Source of the DNA: an uncultured Thermoplasmatales archaeon
GTDB lineage: Archaea; Thermoplasmatota; E2; DHVEG-1
Direction: 5' to 3'
Length of the DNA: 64,000 nt
Assembly (NCBI GenBank): GCA_964481275.1
Contig: CAYZTD010000002.1
Span: 133,378 to 197,377 of the forward strand
A program made the position numbers and the translations under genes. A model generated the notes under the pieces. The model had not been told where the DNA came from. It searched no databases and worked only from the letters and a program-made list of their open reading frames with translations. Numbering within the stretch: the first letter of the stretch is position 1; every line of letters starts with the position of its first letter. Shown here piece by piece: positions 30,766 to 39,948 of this stretch.

Positions 30766-32346
30766 TTATGTTGATTTTTTAGCAACTATAACAAATTTCC
30801 AATCTTCTTTACTAACTTGTTTATAAATTATCTCAAAATTTGATTTTTCAACTAATCTAGATGCATTATCAATTGTAAAGGCGGTTTTATAAGCATCAGT
30901 AAAATAACTAACAGTTTTAAAATCAGTTGTTTTAAAAATCCATTTCAATCTTAAAATAAATAACTTCCATTGCGGAAAATTTTTATTTAAAGCTTCAATT
31001 ATAAGCTTTCCTCCTGGTTTTAATATTCTATTAATTTCTTTTATGCTTGCAAGTGGTTTTTTCCAGTAAGAAAGACTAAAGCGACTTACCACAATATCTG
31101 CAAAATTGTTTTCGAATGGCATATTTTCAGAAGAAGCTAAAATTGTTTCTATATTAGCGTTTTTTCTTGCAAGTTCAAGCATATATTCTGATTTATCAAC
31201 ACCAACGACTTTTGCTTTAGGAATCAATTTATTAATTTCTTTAGCTAAAAGACCGGGACCTGTACCTAAATCAACAATGGTAGCTTGTTTAATCTTTTTA
31301 TCGATATTTTTTTTAACAATTTTTGCAAGATTTTGATAAAGATTAGAATATTTCATCATGTATTTTTCGAAACGATTACAAATTTTTTTATCTAATATTT
31401 TTTTTTCTTCTAATCTTTTTGTTTCATAAAATGTTACAAAAGATCCTATAACGCTAGGTGTAATCCATAATATTACATAACAAAACAAAGAAAAACTAAT
31501 CACTTGTTCTACTGAAATACTTGAATCATAAAAATTAAACATAGTAATAAGTGCTACTTCTCTTGTTCCTATACCATATATCGAAACTGGAATAGATGCA
31601 ATAACATCACTTACAGCTATAATCATAATAAAATAAAAAATAGGAATATTTATCAAAAATAATTTAGCAATAAAAAACAAAAGAATATACTTCAAAAACC
31701 AGTTAAATAGTGAAATTCCAAAAGGATATAGAACATCTCTAAATTTGGGTAGATCCTCATAAAAACTATCTACAGATTTCTCTAAACGATTTTTTATTGT
31801 ATTAAAAATTTGAGACTTTATTAATTTTGAAAATAAATTTTTAGATCTTTCTTTTTTAAAAAAAAACATGTATAATAGTATAATTATGACAAAAATAGCT
31901 AGAATTATAAGCAATAAATATGGATAAATGCTGCTAAGAACTATGGCACCAAGAGCACCAAAGACAAGCATGGCTGTGAATTCAACTGTATTAAATATTA
32001 TGATATTCGAAAGGCATTTTGGAAGCGGGGCACGACTTTCGTCTGATAGATATATAGATTTTGTATATGCACCAAATCCACCTGGTGTTATAAAACCATA
32101 AAAATATCCTATAAAAAAATTTTTTAGAGAATACCAAAAACTAACCTTAATCTTTTGTCTTTTTAAAAGAATCTGCCATTCAACATTTGCAATTAAAACC
32201 AAAGGAATTAAAACAAAAAAAGAAAAAAACGAATAAAATGGATTGATTTTTTGAAAAATTTCTAAAATCCTATTAAAATTCAATTGACTTAAAATTAATA
32301 TAAATATGATAATACCAATTAGAGGTAATAATTTTTTAATTTTCAT
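30766..32346 (-). CDS. fusion of a lysylphosphatidylglycerol-synthase-like/flippase-like TM domain with a class I SAM methyltransferase
   Basis: The N-terminal ~320 aa is polytopic, in the UPF0104/LPG_synthase_TM style. The C-terminus has SAM motif I (VDLGTGPGLLAKEI) and post-I (VVGVDKSEYMLELARKN). Confidence 0.65.
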   Translation of the reverse strand: MKIKKLLPLIGIIIFILILSQLNFNRILEIFQKINPFYSFFSFFVLIPLVLIANVEWQILLKRQKIKVSFWYSLKNFFIGYFYGFITPGGFGAYTKSIYLSDESRAPLPKCLSNIIIFNTVEFTAMLVFGALGAIVLSSIYPYLLLIILAIFVIIILLYMFFFKKERSKNLFSKLIKSQIFNTIKNRLEKSVDSFYEDLPKFRDVLYPFGISLFNWFLKYILLFFIAKLFLINIPIFYFIMIIAVSDVIASIPVSIYGIGTREVALITMFNFYDSSISVEQVISFSLFCYVILWITPSVIGSFVTFYETKRLEEKKILDKKICNRFEKYMMKYSNLYQNLAKIVKKNIDKKIKQATIVDLGTGPGLLAKEINKLIPKAKVVGVDKSEYMLELARKNANIETILASSENMPFENNFADIVVSRFSLSYWKKPLASIKEINRILKPGGKLIIEALNKNFPQWKLFILRLKWIFKTTDFKTVSYFTDAYKTAFTIDNASRLVEKSNFEIIYKQVSKEDWKFVIVAKKST

Positions 32347-32404
32347 TTTTTAAACAAATAAAATATACTATTTACATTAAAAACTTCTTTGAATTTTTAA
32401 AAAT

Positions 32405-33031
32405 CTACTTTTTCAAAAAATAATATGATATCCAAGAGGATGTAGGAAAGGGTTTATTTCCCATCTTTTTTATAATTTTTATGTCTTTATACTCTTCAGC
32501 GATTTTTAAAATTATTTTACTGATATCATCCTGTTCTCTAACAATTATTTTTGTATCTTTCTTAGATTTTTCAAAAATATTTTTTAATATCTTTGTTTTT
32601 GGTATCGAACAACCTGAAACAATTATCGTATCAAATTCTTCAATAGAAAAACTTGCGCCGTCTCCTTCTTTAATCACTATATTGTTATCAAGTTTTTTTT
32701 CAAAAATTATTTTTCTTGCTTTTTTTACAGCTTTTTTATTATTGTCAATTGCCACTATATTACTATCTTTTATTCTAGAAAAGGCAATAGCTGATATCGG
32801 ATAAGAACCACAGCCTATATGTAAAATATTCTTTGAATTATTTAAACCAAAATTATTTATTTCTTTTTCATATTCTTTAGAGATAGTTTTTTCATAAATT
32901 TTTCCAATTTTCTCATTCATAAAAGATAAATTATCAACAACTTTCCAGAATAAATTTGATTTTTTTATTCTATATCTATCTATAAAAGAATAAGTATTTT
33001 TTAAATTAACATTTTTTTTATCATTTGTCAT
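32405..33031 (-). CDS. class I SAM-dependent methyltransferase
   Basis: Gly-rich SAM motif ILHIGCGSYPISAIAF and an acidic loop VAIDNNKKAV. Confidence 0.55.
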   Translation of the reverse strand: MTNDKKNVNLKNTYSFIDRYRIKKSNLFWKVVDNLSFMNEKIGKIYEKTISKEYEKEINNFGLNNSKNILHIGCGSYPISAIAFSRIKDSNIVAIDNNKKAVKKARKIIFEKKLDNNIVIKEGDGASFSIEEFDTIIVSGCSIPKTKILKNIFEKSKKDTKIIVREQDDISKIILKIAEEYKDIKIIKKMGNKPFPTSSWISYYFLKK

Positions 33032-33110
33032 TATAGATTTTCTTCCGATTTTTTATGATAATATATTCTTTTAATACTAAATAAATTTCTCAAAAATGTA
33101 AATATCTATC

Positions 33111-33665
33111 TTAACAATTTATTATTCTTTTTTCAGTGACAATTATCTCAACTGGTTTGTCATGTTTATTTATTGGTATTTTATTTATTATCTGAAATTC
33201 AAAAGTAAGACCTATAGTTTTTGCATTTGTTTTTTTAAGTAATCTATCATAGTAACCTTTTCCGTGTCCAAGTCTATTTCCTTTTTTGTCAAATGCTAAT
33301 CCTGGAACTATTATTAAATCAATTTCATCAATTGATATTTCTTTTATACATTCTTTTTTTGGCTCTAAAATATTATGTGAACCAAGACATAGTTCTTCCC
33401 AACTTTTAAGATTTGATAAAGTAAGAGAACGGTCATTTTTGTTACTAACTGGTACAACAATATTTTTTTTATAAAGCAGTTCACAAATCATATCGTGAGT
33501 AAAAACCTCAGCGTCATAAGAAATATAAAAAAGAATAGTATCTGCATCCCTGAATTCTGTTAATCCAAACAATCTTTCTTTTATTTCTTTGCTTTTTTTT
33601 CTATTTTCTTCTTTTGAAAGTCCTCTTCTTTTTTCTTTTATTTCTTTTCTTATCTTTTCTTTCAT
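33111..33665 (-). CDS. 5-formyltetrahydrofolate cyclo-ligase (MTHFS) family protein
   Basis: C-terminal GLAFDKKGNRLGHGKGYYDR is the 5-FTHF cyclo-ligase signature. Confidence 0.75.
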   Translation of the reverse strand: MKEKIRKEIKEKRRGLSKEENRKKSKEIKERLFGLTEFRDADTILFYISYDAEVFTHDMICELLYKKNIVVPVSNKNDRSLTLSNLKSWEELCLGSHNILEPKKECIKEISIDEIDLIIVPGLAFDKKGNRLGHGKGYYDRLLKKTNAKTIGLTFEFQIINKIPINKHDKPVEIIVTEKRIINC

Positions 33666-34038
33666 TTATAAAAAAATTATCATGTCTTTGTCTTTTAATT
33701 TTTTTGATTTGGGCAAGAATTGTACAAAAGATTTTATATATCAGTAATAACAAAATGTTATATTGAGTAAGGAAAAAAAAGTTTCATATTTATCACATCC
33801 ATTTCGAAATCTTTTTTTATTTTTCCTTACTCTTTTATTTTTGTTAGTTTCTAATTTAATTGTTTTATTTATATGCCCTACTTTCTTTTTATATATGTCT
33901 CTGAAAAATATCTAAATGTTATATTATTCCTAAAAAAATAACTAATAAGTTATATATTTAGATAAATAAAATAATAAATTTAAAATATTAAAACTATATA
34001 TCATATATATAAAAATTACTGCTTTTAGGGGGAAAAAG

Positions 34039-35802
34039 ATGAGTTCAAATAAAAATACTAATAATCTTTTTGTAAAAAAGTTGATAGTAAAGAAAATATC
34101 TATATTAACTATAATTTTTTGTTTATTAACAATTTCATTTTTTAACCCTCTTACTATGGCATTACAATCAAAAAGTGAAATTTTAGAAAAAAATAGGGAA
34201 TTATCATTGGGAGATGGAATAGATTTTTCAATTGTTATACATAGGATAGAACAAATTGACGAAATAGATCCTTCTATACATGGTGAAGCTGATTGGACCT
34301 TAAGGATGTATGTAAACAACCAAAAACAAACTTTTGAATGTGAGGGGGATTCAGTTGTAGTTGATAAATGTTTTACTTGGGAAAAAATAATACAAGATGA
34401 CACAGAAGAATTAGATATAAAAATGGAACTAAAAGATAGAGATCCTTGGCCTGATGTTGATGATATAGCAGATATAAGTGCTTATCCTGATCTTTCTTAT
34501 GAAGATAAAGATTATGATGATACAACCGATTTTGAAAATAATAGACCTGCAGTTTTCAAAAGAACATATAATATACTAAATAAAACCTGGAAAGATGAAG
34601 ACGAAGAAAACGATTATTTAAAATGGGATGATGATTCAATTTTAGGGTGGTGGATTACTTCAGGTATTTTTGATGGGAGTACTAATAGAGACGAAAATGA
34701 TGCTCAGATATGGTTTAATATTTCTATAGAAAATAAACCTCCTTATCCACCAGAAAAACCTTCAGGTCCTACAATAGGATGGGAAAATACGGTATATGAA
34801 TTTAGCACAAAATCTCACGATCCAAATGGAGAAAAAATCCAATTTGGGTGGGATTGGGATTTTGATGGTGAAGTTGATGAAATAACTGGATTCTATGAAT
34901 CATGGGAAACCGCCAGTATTTATCATAGTTGGTCTAAAGCAAAAATTTACCATATACGTGTTTTAGCCATAGACTCACATGGTTTAACTAGTGAATGGTC
35001 TGAACCACTTAAAATTGAGATAAACGGCATTAATGGCAAATCAGGAATGGATATTCAAGATTGGAGTATGGGCCATGTTTATTCAATTTATTTTAATCAT
35101 CATGAAACCCAGGAAATAATAAGATCCCTAAGAAGTGGGGGAAATATTGTAGCAGCTGTTGCGACAATAATCACAACAATTGCAGCGATGAGTGGTGTAC
35201 CACTTGATATAAGCGCGGCGACAGCACTTGCTGGAGCTATAATACGTTTAGGAGTAGAAGTTATAAATTTAATGGATCATGGAATGGGAATATATGTCCG
35301 AATATATTTGGTTGAGATTGAAGGAGTGCCTATTGCATATTTTGCATATATATGGTCTCAATCTATGACTGCTAACGAGGGTGAATCTCCTGAAGGAAAT
35401 AAATCACCAGATGTCCCTTCTAAACCAGAATGCGATTCAAACTTTTTCTTAGTAGAAAATGAATATACTTTTACATGCCAAGCTACTGATCCAGATGGAG
35501 ATAAAGTTAATCTTCTTATTAGTTGGGGGGACGAAAATTACACTTGGACTGATTTAGTAAATTCAAATACTGAAATAACTGTTCACCATAAATGGAATAA
35601 AAAAGGATCCTATAATGTTAAAGTAAAAGCATTTGATGAATATGGAAATGAAAGCAGTTGGTCTGAATCTCTAACACTGAAAGTAAGTAAGGCTAAATCA
35701 AAATCAACAATTAATCTTAGTTTAAGAGAAAATTTATTTCTTACAATTTACAAAATATTAAATTTATTTGAGAAAAATTTTACAGATTTAATACCAAAAT
35801 AA
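34039..35802 (+). CDS. secreted PKD-domain protein carrying a shared ~160-aa unknown domain and the shared C-terminal tail; first gene of a three-gene secreted operon
   Basis: Signal/anchor sequence present. Unknown domain (ADWTLRMYVNN...DDIADISAYPD...NRDENDAQIWFNI). PKD domains (PPEKPSGPTIGWENTVYEF...FGWDWDFDG; LISWGDENYTW...VKVKAFDEYG). The tail is NLFLTIYKILNLFEKNFTDLIPK. Confidence 0.8.
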   Translation: MSSNKNTNNLFVKKLIVKKISILTIIFCLLTISFFNPLTMALQSKSEILEKNRELSLGDGIDFSIVIHRIEQIDEIDPSIHGEADWTLRMYVNNQKQTFECEGDSVVVDKCFTWEKIIQDDTEELDIKMELKDRDPWPDVDDIADISAYPDLSYEDKDYDDTTDFENNRPAVFKRTYNILNKTWKDEDEENDYLKWDDDSILGWWITSGIFDGSTNRDENDAQIWFNISIENKPPYPPEKPSGPTIGWENTVYEFSTKSHDPNGEKIQFGWDWDFDGEVDEITGFYESWETASIYHSWSKAKIYHIRVLAIDSHGLTSEWSEPLKIEINGINGKSGMDIQDWSMGHVYSIYFNHHETQEIIRSLRSGGNIVAAVATIITTIAAMSGVPLDISAATALAGAIIRLGVEVINLMDHGMGIYVRIYLVEIEGVPIAYFAYIWSQSMTANEGESPEGNKSPDVPSKPECDSNFFLVENEYTFTCQATDPDGDKVNLLISWGDENYTWTDLVNSNTEITVHHKWNKKGSYNVKVKAFDEYGNESSWSESLTLKVSKAKSKSTINLSLRENLFLTIYKILNLFEKNFTDLIPK

Positions 35803-35833
35803 ATAAAGCGGTGATGAAAGGAGATTAAAAGAT

Positions 35834-37429
35834 ATGAAAACTAATAAATTACTTTTAATAGCAATTTTTTTTATGCTGTTAAACACGTTAATAGCTAATG
35901 CAGGTTATGTACGAATTGGAGGAAATGAAAACAAATTTTTTGATAATTTAAAACTAGAGACTTCTTCTAATTCTAAATGGACTGTCATGGTTTATATGGA
36001 TGCAGATAATGATCTTGAACAATTTGCAATATATAATTTCTTACAGATGTCTGAAATAGGATCAACAGATGAAGTAAATATTGTTGTTCAACTTGATAGG
36101 ATTCCTGGCTATGATAACAGTTATGATGATTGGACCTCGGCTAAACGTTATTACATTCAGAAGAATATGGTACCAAACTCCAACAGTGCTTTAATGGATA
36201 TTGGGGAAGTAGATATGGGGGATTGGAATACATTAAAAGATTTTTACAATTGGGCTGTTTATAATTATCCTGCAGAAAAATATTGTCTCATTCTCTGGGA
36301 TCATGGTTCAGGCTGGAAAATGGGTGGAGAAACGACTTCTCCCTTTAAATGTATCTGTTCAGATTTTACAAATGGTGGAGTTATGTCTCTTCAGGATTTA
36401 AAAAATGGTTTAGATTCGATAACCCAACAAGGTAGAAATCCAATAGATTTAATATGTTTTGATGCTTGTTTAATGCAGATGATTGAAGTAGGATATGAAA
36501 TTAGATATTGTGCAGATTATATGACTGCCTCAGAGGAAGTTGAAACTGCTTATGGTTTAACCTATGATGATGCACTTTATCTATTAACTGAAGATGCTAA
36601 TGTTTCAGCTGATATCCTTGGAAGTTATTTTGTTAATTCTTATAAATATGAAACAATGTCAACAGTAGATCTACAAACTTTTGATTATCTAAAAGATGCG
36701 GTTAATAATTTAGGTAGCCACTTACAAGCTGAGGAATATAAGAGTTATATCAAGAATGCTATAAGGGATGTTGAGACCTATTACGATTATGATTTTGTGG
36801 ATTTATATGATTTTGCAAATCTATTAAAAAATTATATAGATGATTCAAATATCGATTATAAAGCAGATATGGTCATGGCTGGAGTAAATCAAGCTGTGCT
36901 TTATGAAAAACATGATTATAATCATCAAAGATCTCATGGTATCTCAATATATATGCCCTATAGAGAGTATGATTTTGCTTATGGTGATATTAGTTTTGCT
37001 ATGGATTCTTCATGGGATGAGTTTGTTATGTGGTATTTTGGCGGTAGTACAGGTAACGAACCAGAGATTCCTGAGATTGATGGTCCCGGATCTGGTAGTG
37101 TAGGGGTAGAATACGGCTATAGATTTCTTTCATCCGATCCTGATGATGACGATATATATTATTATGTTGAATGGAGTGATGGACAGAGTAGTGGTTTAAT
37201 TGGTCCTTATCCTTCAGGACAAGAAATTGTTTTATATCACAGCTGGGAAAATGAAGGATGGTATTTAGTTAGGGCAAAGGCAGTAGACGAGCATGGCCAT
37301 GAAAGTGATTGGAATCAATTAAATGTTGGAATGCCTAAGAAAAAATGTGTTTTTAAACAAAATACTATTCTGTTTTATTTATTTGAAAAATTTTTTGAAA
37401 AAATAACTGATTTATATTTTGGAGTGTGA
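35834..37429 (+). CDS. secreted clostripain-family (C11) cysteine peptidase with a C-terminal PKD domain and the shared tail
   Basis: Signal peptide present. Catalytic-dyad contexts LILWDHGSGW (His) and LICFDACLMQ (Cys). PKD domain (EIDGPGSGSVGVEYGYRF...YYYVEWSDG...RAKAVDEHG). The tail is NTILFYLFEKFFEKITDLYFGV. Confidence 0.85.
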   Translation: MKTNKLLLIAIFFMLLNTLIANAGYVRIGGNENKFFDNLKLETSSNSKWTVMVYMDADNDLEQFAIYNFLQMSEIGSTDEVNIVVQLDRIPGYDNSYDDWTSAKRYYIQKNMVPNSNSALMDIGEVDMGDWNTLKDFYNWAVYNYPAEKYCLILWDHGSGWKMGGETTSPFKCICSDFTNGGVMSLQDLKNGLDSITQQGRNPIDLICFDACLMQMIEVGYEIRYCADYMTASEEVETAYGLTYDDALYLLTEDANVSADILGSYFVNSYKYETMSTVDLQTFDYLKDAVNNLGSHLQAEEYKSYIKNAIRDVETYYDYDFVDLYDFANLLKNYIDDSNIDYKADMVMAGVNQAVLYEKHDYNHQRSHGISIYMPYREYDFAYGDISFAMDSSWDEFVMWYFGGSTGNEPEIPEIDGPGSGSVGVEYGYRFLSSDPDDDDIYYYVEWSDGQSSGLIGPYPSGQEIVLYHSWENEGWYLVRAKAVDEHGHESDWNQLNVGMPKKKCVFKQNTILFYLFEKFFEKITDLYFGV

Positions 37430-39803
37430 TTTATTGAAACTTGTAAAAATTTTGTTTGTAGTAGTTCTGTTGTTAACATGCAGTTCTTCAGTGGTATCAA
37501 TATATAACAAAAAAAATTTAGAAACAAACGACGTAGGATATGATACTTCAGCTGAATTACCTACATGGAATAAGGGTAACTATTGGAAATATGATATGGA
37601 TTTTGGTTTTATAGTTCGCAATAATGGTTTTAAAGAATTTTCTGTAGTTGCATCAATTAATAATATGAATGCTAGAGTAACAAATACCATTAATTACGAA
37701 GATGATGAAGTTTATGTTTTGTTGCTAGATGGTGATATTTCAGGTAAGATTTTTATTCTTGGCGAGATTGATTTAGCAGATATCGATGCAGACTTAGATG
37801 GAGTTGCATATATTTCTACTTCAACACTTGGCATTAAATATTTTAATTTCGATGTTGAAGGCAAAGTTAATTTGGTTGGTTGGCGGGATATAGATTTTGA
37901 TATGGTTATGAATTTTGTTCCTGAGTTTAACTTCTTTGATTTTCCTATAAATGTAAAAGAGGATCCATGGGAGGTTTATATTGATGAAGCATCTCTTTCT
38001 GCAGATGTTTATGTTGATCTTCCAGGGCCTTTTGATTTTAGAGATAGTTATTCCTCCTCGATGGTTTTTAATGATAACATGTCGATTAATAGAACTGAAA
38101 CTATAGATATTCCTGCAGGTATTTTCGAAACCATTGTCATAGATGGAAGTTGGGGTTATTATTCTAACCTTTATTATTCTGATTGTGTTGGTTATTTGGC
38201 AAAAATTGTAGAAAGATTATATTGGCCAGAAAATGAAGGGCAAATCGAATCGATTTTTAATTTAGAATTAATTGAAACAAATTTTGATGGAGGTAATATT
38301 CCTCCTAATAAACCAGATCGACCCTATGGGCAAACTGATGGTATAGCTGAAGAAGAATATCAATACAGAAGTGAGACTACTGATCCTGAAAATGAAAAAA
38401 TATATTACCTTTTTGATTGGGGTGATGGTACAGATAGTGGATGGGTTGGCCCTTACAATTCGGGGGATCAAGTTATAGTCTCTAATAGATGGTATAATAA
38501 AGGCATTTATTCAGTAATTGTTAAAGCAAAAGACGAAACGGGTATCGAAAGTTTATGGTCTGATCCCTTAATTGTAAAAATAATGGGGGATCCAAATGTA
38601 GATGTATTTGTTTGTAATGTAACAAATTCTGGAATGGATGATATTGATGTGGGATCAGATCCTGAATGGTATTATATGGTTCATGCAGAAAGTAGTGGTT
38701 TAAGTTCTCCTCCTGAATTTAATTATAATACAGATGATGGAACTGAAAATGGGAACTGGATTAGTGAAAAAACTTGGGAGGCCAAAAAGAACCATAGATT
38801 TAAAGGTTACAGTCGTAATGTTACAATAAAGCTAAAGCTTATGGATCATGATGACAGATGGGAAGATCCTATCTATGCAGCAGATGATCTTGCAGATGTA
38901 AGTGGATGTATTGGAGGTGGGGTTGATCAAGATACTCCCAATAAACGTGGAGCTATGTATTATGGGACATATGATTTGGTTGAAAATAAATTAAAAGATT
39001 TTCAGACTGGAGATCCTTTGGAAAATGCAGATTACGTTTACAAAAAAAATGATTATTACATTACAGCTGGAGATCATATACCAGATGAAAGTTATAACGA
39101 GGATGAAAATGATGCTAAGATTTGCTTTAAGCTTTTTAACGATTATGAAAAACCAATTGTGAATGCTAGAATTTTAAATGAACCTGAAAGAATCAGACCA
39201 ATGCAAAATCTTCAATTTGTAGGATCAGTTCAAAATGGTGCTCCTGAGTATAAATGGTCCTGGGATTTTGATGATGGAACAATTTTAAAAGATGATCAAA
39301 AACCAGAACATAGTTTCCAAAATAAAGGAACTTATGATGTAACATTAACATTGACAGATGGATTCAATATAGATAGCATTTTTAAGCTAAATGTAAAAGT
39401 AGAAAACTATGATCCAGTTCTTACAGATGACAAAGTAAAATTTGATGGAAAAGGAGATTTAGACGATACATTTACTTTTTCGGTGAATTACCAAGATTTG
39501 GATGGAGATGATCCTGATGTAAAAACAGTTGTTATAAATGGGAAATCATGGAATCTAAATGGTTTTGGAGCAAATTCTGAATATAGTTTGGCCCTAAAAG
39601 GTAGAGACATTGGTCAGGGTAGTCATGAATTTTATTTTTATTTTGAGGATGGTCATGGTGGTAGTGCACAAACTGAACCTAAAAACTTAGAGGTAAGTAA
39701 AACAAAAGTAAAAACAGATACTTTCTTTCTGAAATTAATGACTTTCTTCAAAGAAAACATTCTTTCTAAAATTGTGAATCTCAATCATATCACATTAGGT
39801 TGA
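37419..39803 (+). CDS. large secreted multi-domain protein (PKD domains, shared ~160-aa unknown domain, shared tail)
   Basis: The ORF overlaps the upstream gene, and the track start is TTG. Signal peptide-like N-terminus. PKD domains (PPNKPDRPYGQTDGIAEEEY...LFDWGDGTDSGW...VKAKDETG; a second near SWDFDDGT). Unknown domain (PEWYYMVHAE...DDLADVSGCIGGG...NEDENDAKICFKLF). The tail is TFFLKLMTFFKENILSKIVNL. Confidence 0.8.
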   Translation: MECDLLKLVKILFVVVLLLTCSSSVVSIYNKKNLETNDVGYDTSAELPTWNKGNYWKYDMDFGFIVRNNGFKEFSVVASINNMNARVTNTINYEDDEVYVLLLDGDISGKIFILGEIDLADIDADLDGVAYISTSTLGIKYFNFDVEGKVNLVGWRDIDFDMVMNFVPEFNFFDFPINVKEDPWEVYIDEASLSADVYVDLPGPFDFRDSYSSSMVFNDNMSINRTETIDIPAGIFETIVIDGSWGYYSNLYYSDCVGYLAKIVERLYWPENEGQIESIFNLELIETNFDGGNIPPNKPDRPYGQTDGIAEEEYQYRSETTDPENEKIYYLFDWGDGTDSGWVGPYNSGDQVIVSNRWYNKGIYSVIVKAKDETGIESLWSDPLIVKIMGDPNVDVFVCNVTNSGMDDIDVGSDPEWYYMVHAESSGLSSPPEFNYNTDDGTENGNWISEKTWEAKKNHRFKGYSRNVTIKLKLMDHDDRWEDPIYAADDLADVSGCIGGGVDQDTPNKRGAMYYGTYDLVENKLKDFQTGDPLENADYVYKKNDYYITAGDHIPDESYNEDENDAKICFKLFNDYEKPIVNARILNEPERIRPMQNLQFVGSVQNGAPEYKWSWDFDDGTILKDDQKPEHSFQNKGTYDVTLTLTDGFNIDSIFKLNVKVENYDPVLTDDKVKFDGKGDLDDTFTFSVNYQDLDGDDPDVKTVVINGKSWNLNGFGANSEYSLALKGRDIGQGSHEFYFYFEDGHGGSAQTEPKNLEVSKTKVKTDTFFLKLMTFFKENILSKIVNLNHITLG

Positions 39804-39948
39804 TCTTAACATTTTTTTCTTTTGTTTACGATTATAGCAAATAGTTTTACCAATAATCATAAAAAAGATAAACATGTTATTGTATTCCAGTATAAAAAAA
39901 CAAAGGAATTTTAAAAAACATGAATCAAAGAATCTTTAAGTGATATAA

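Noticed and set aside
33942-34403. 153-aa minus-strand ORF upstream of and overlapping the 34039 secreted-protein gene
   Set aside because: It overlaps the N-terminus and promoter region of a well-supported plus-strand gene and has a low-complexity translation. It is probably spurious.
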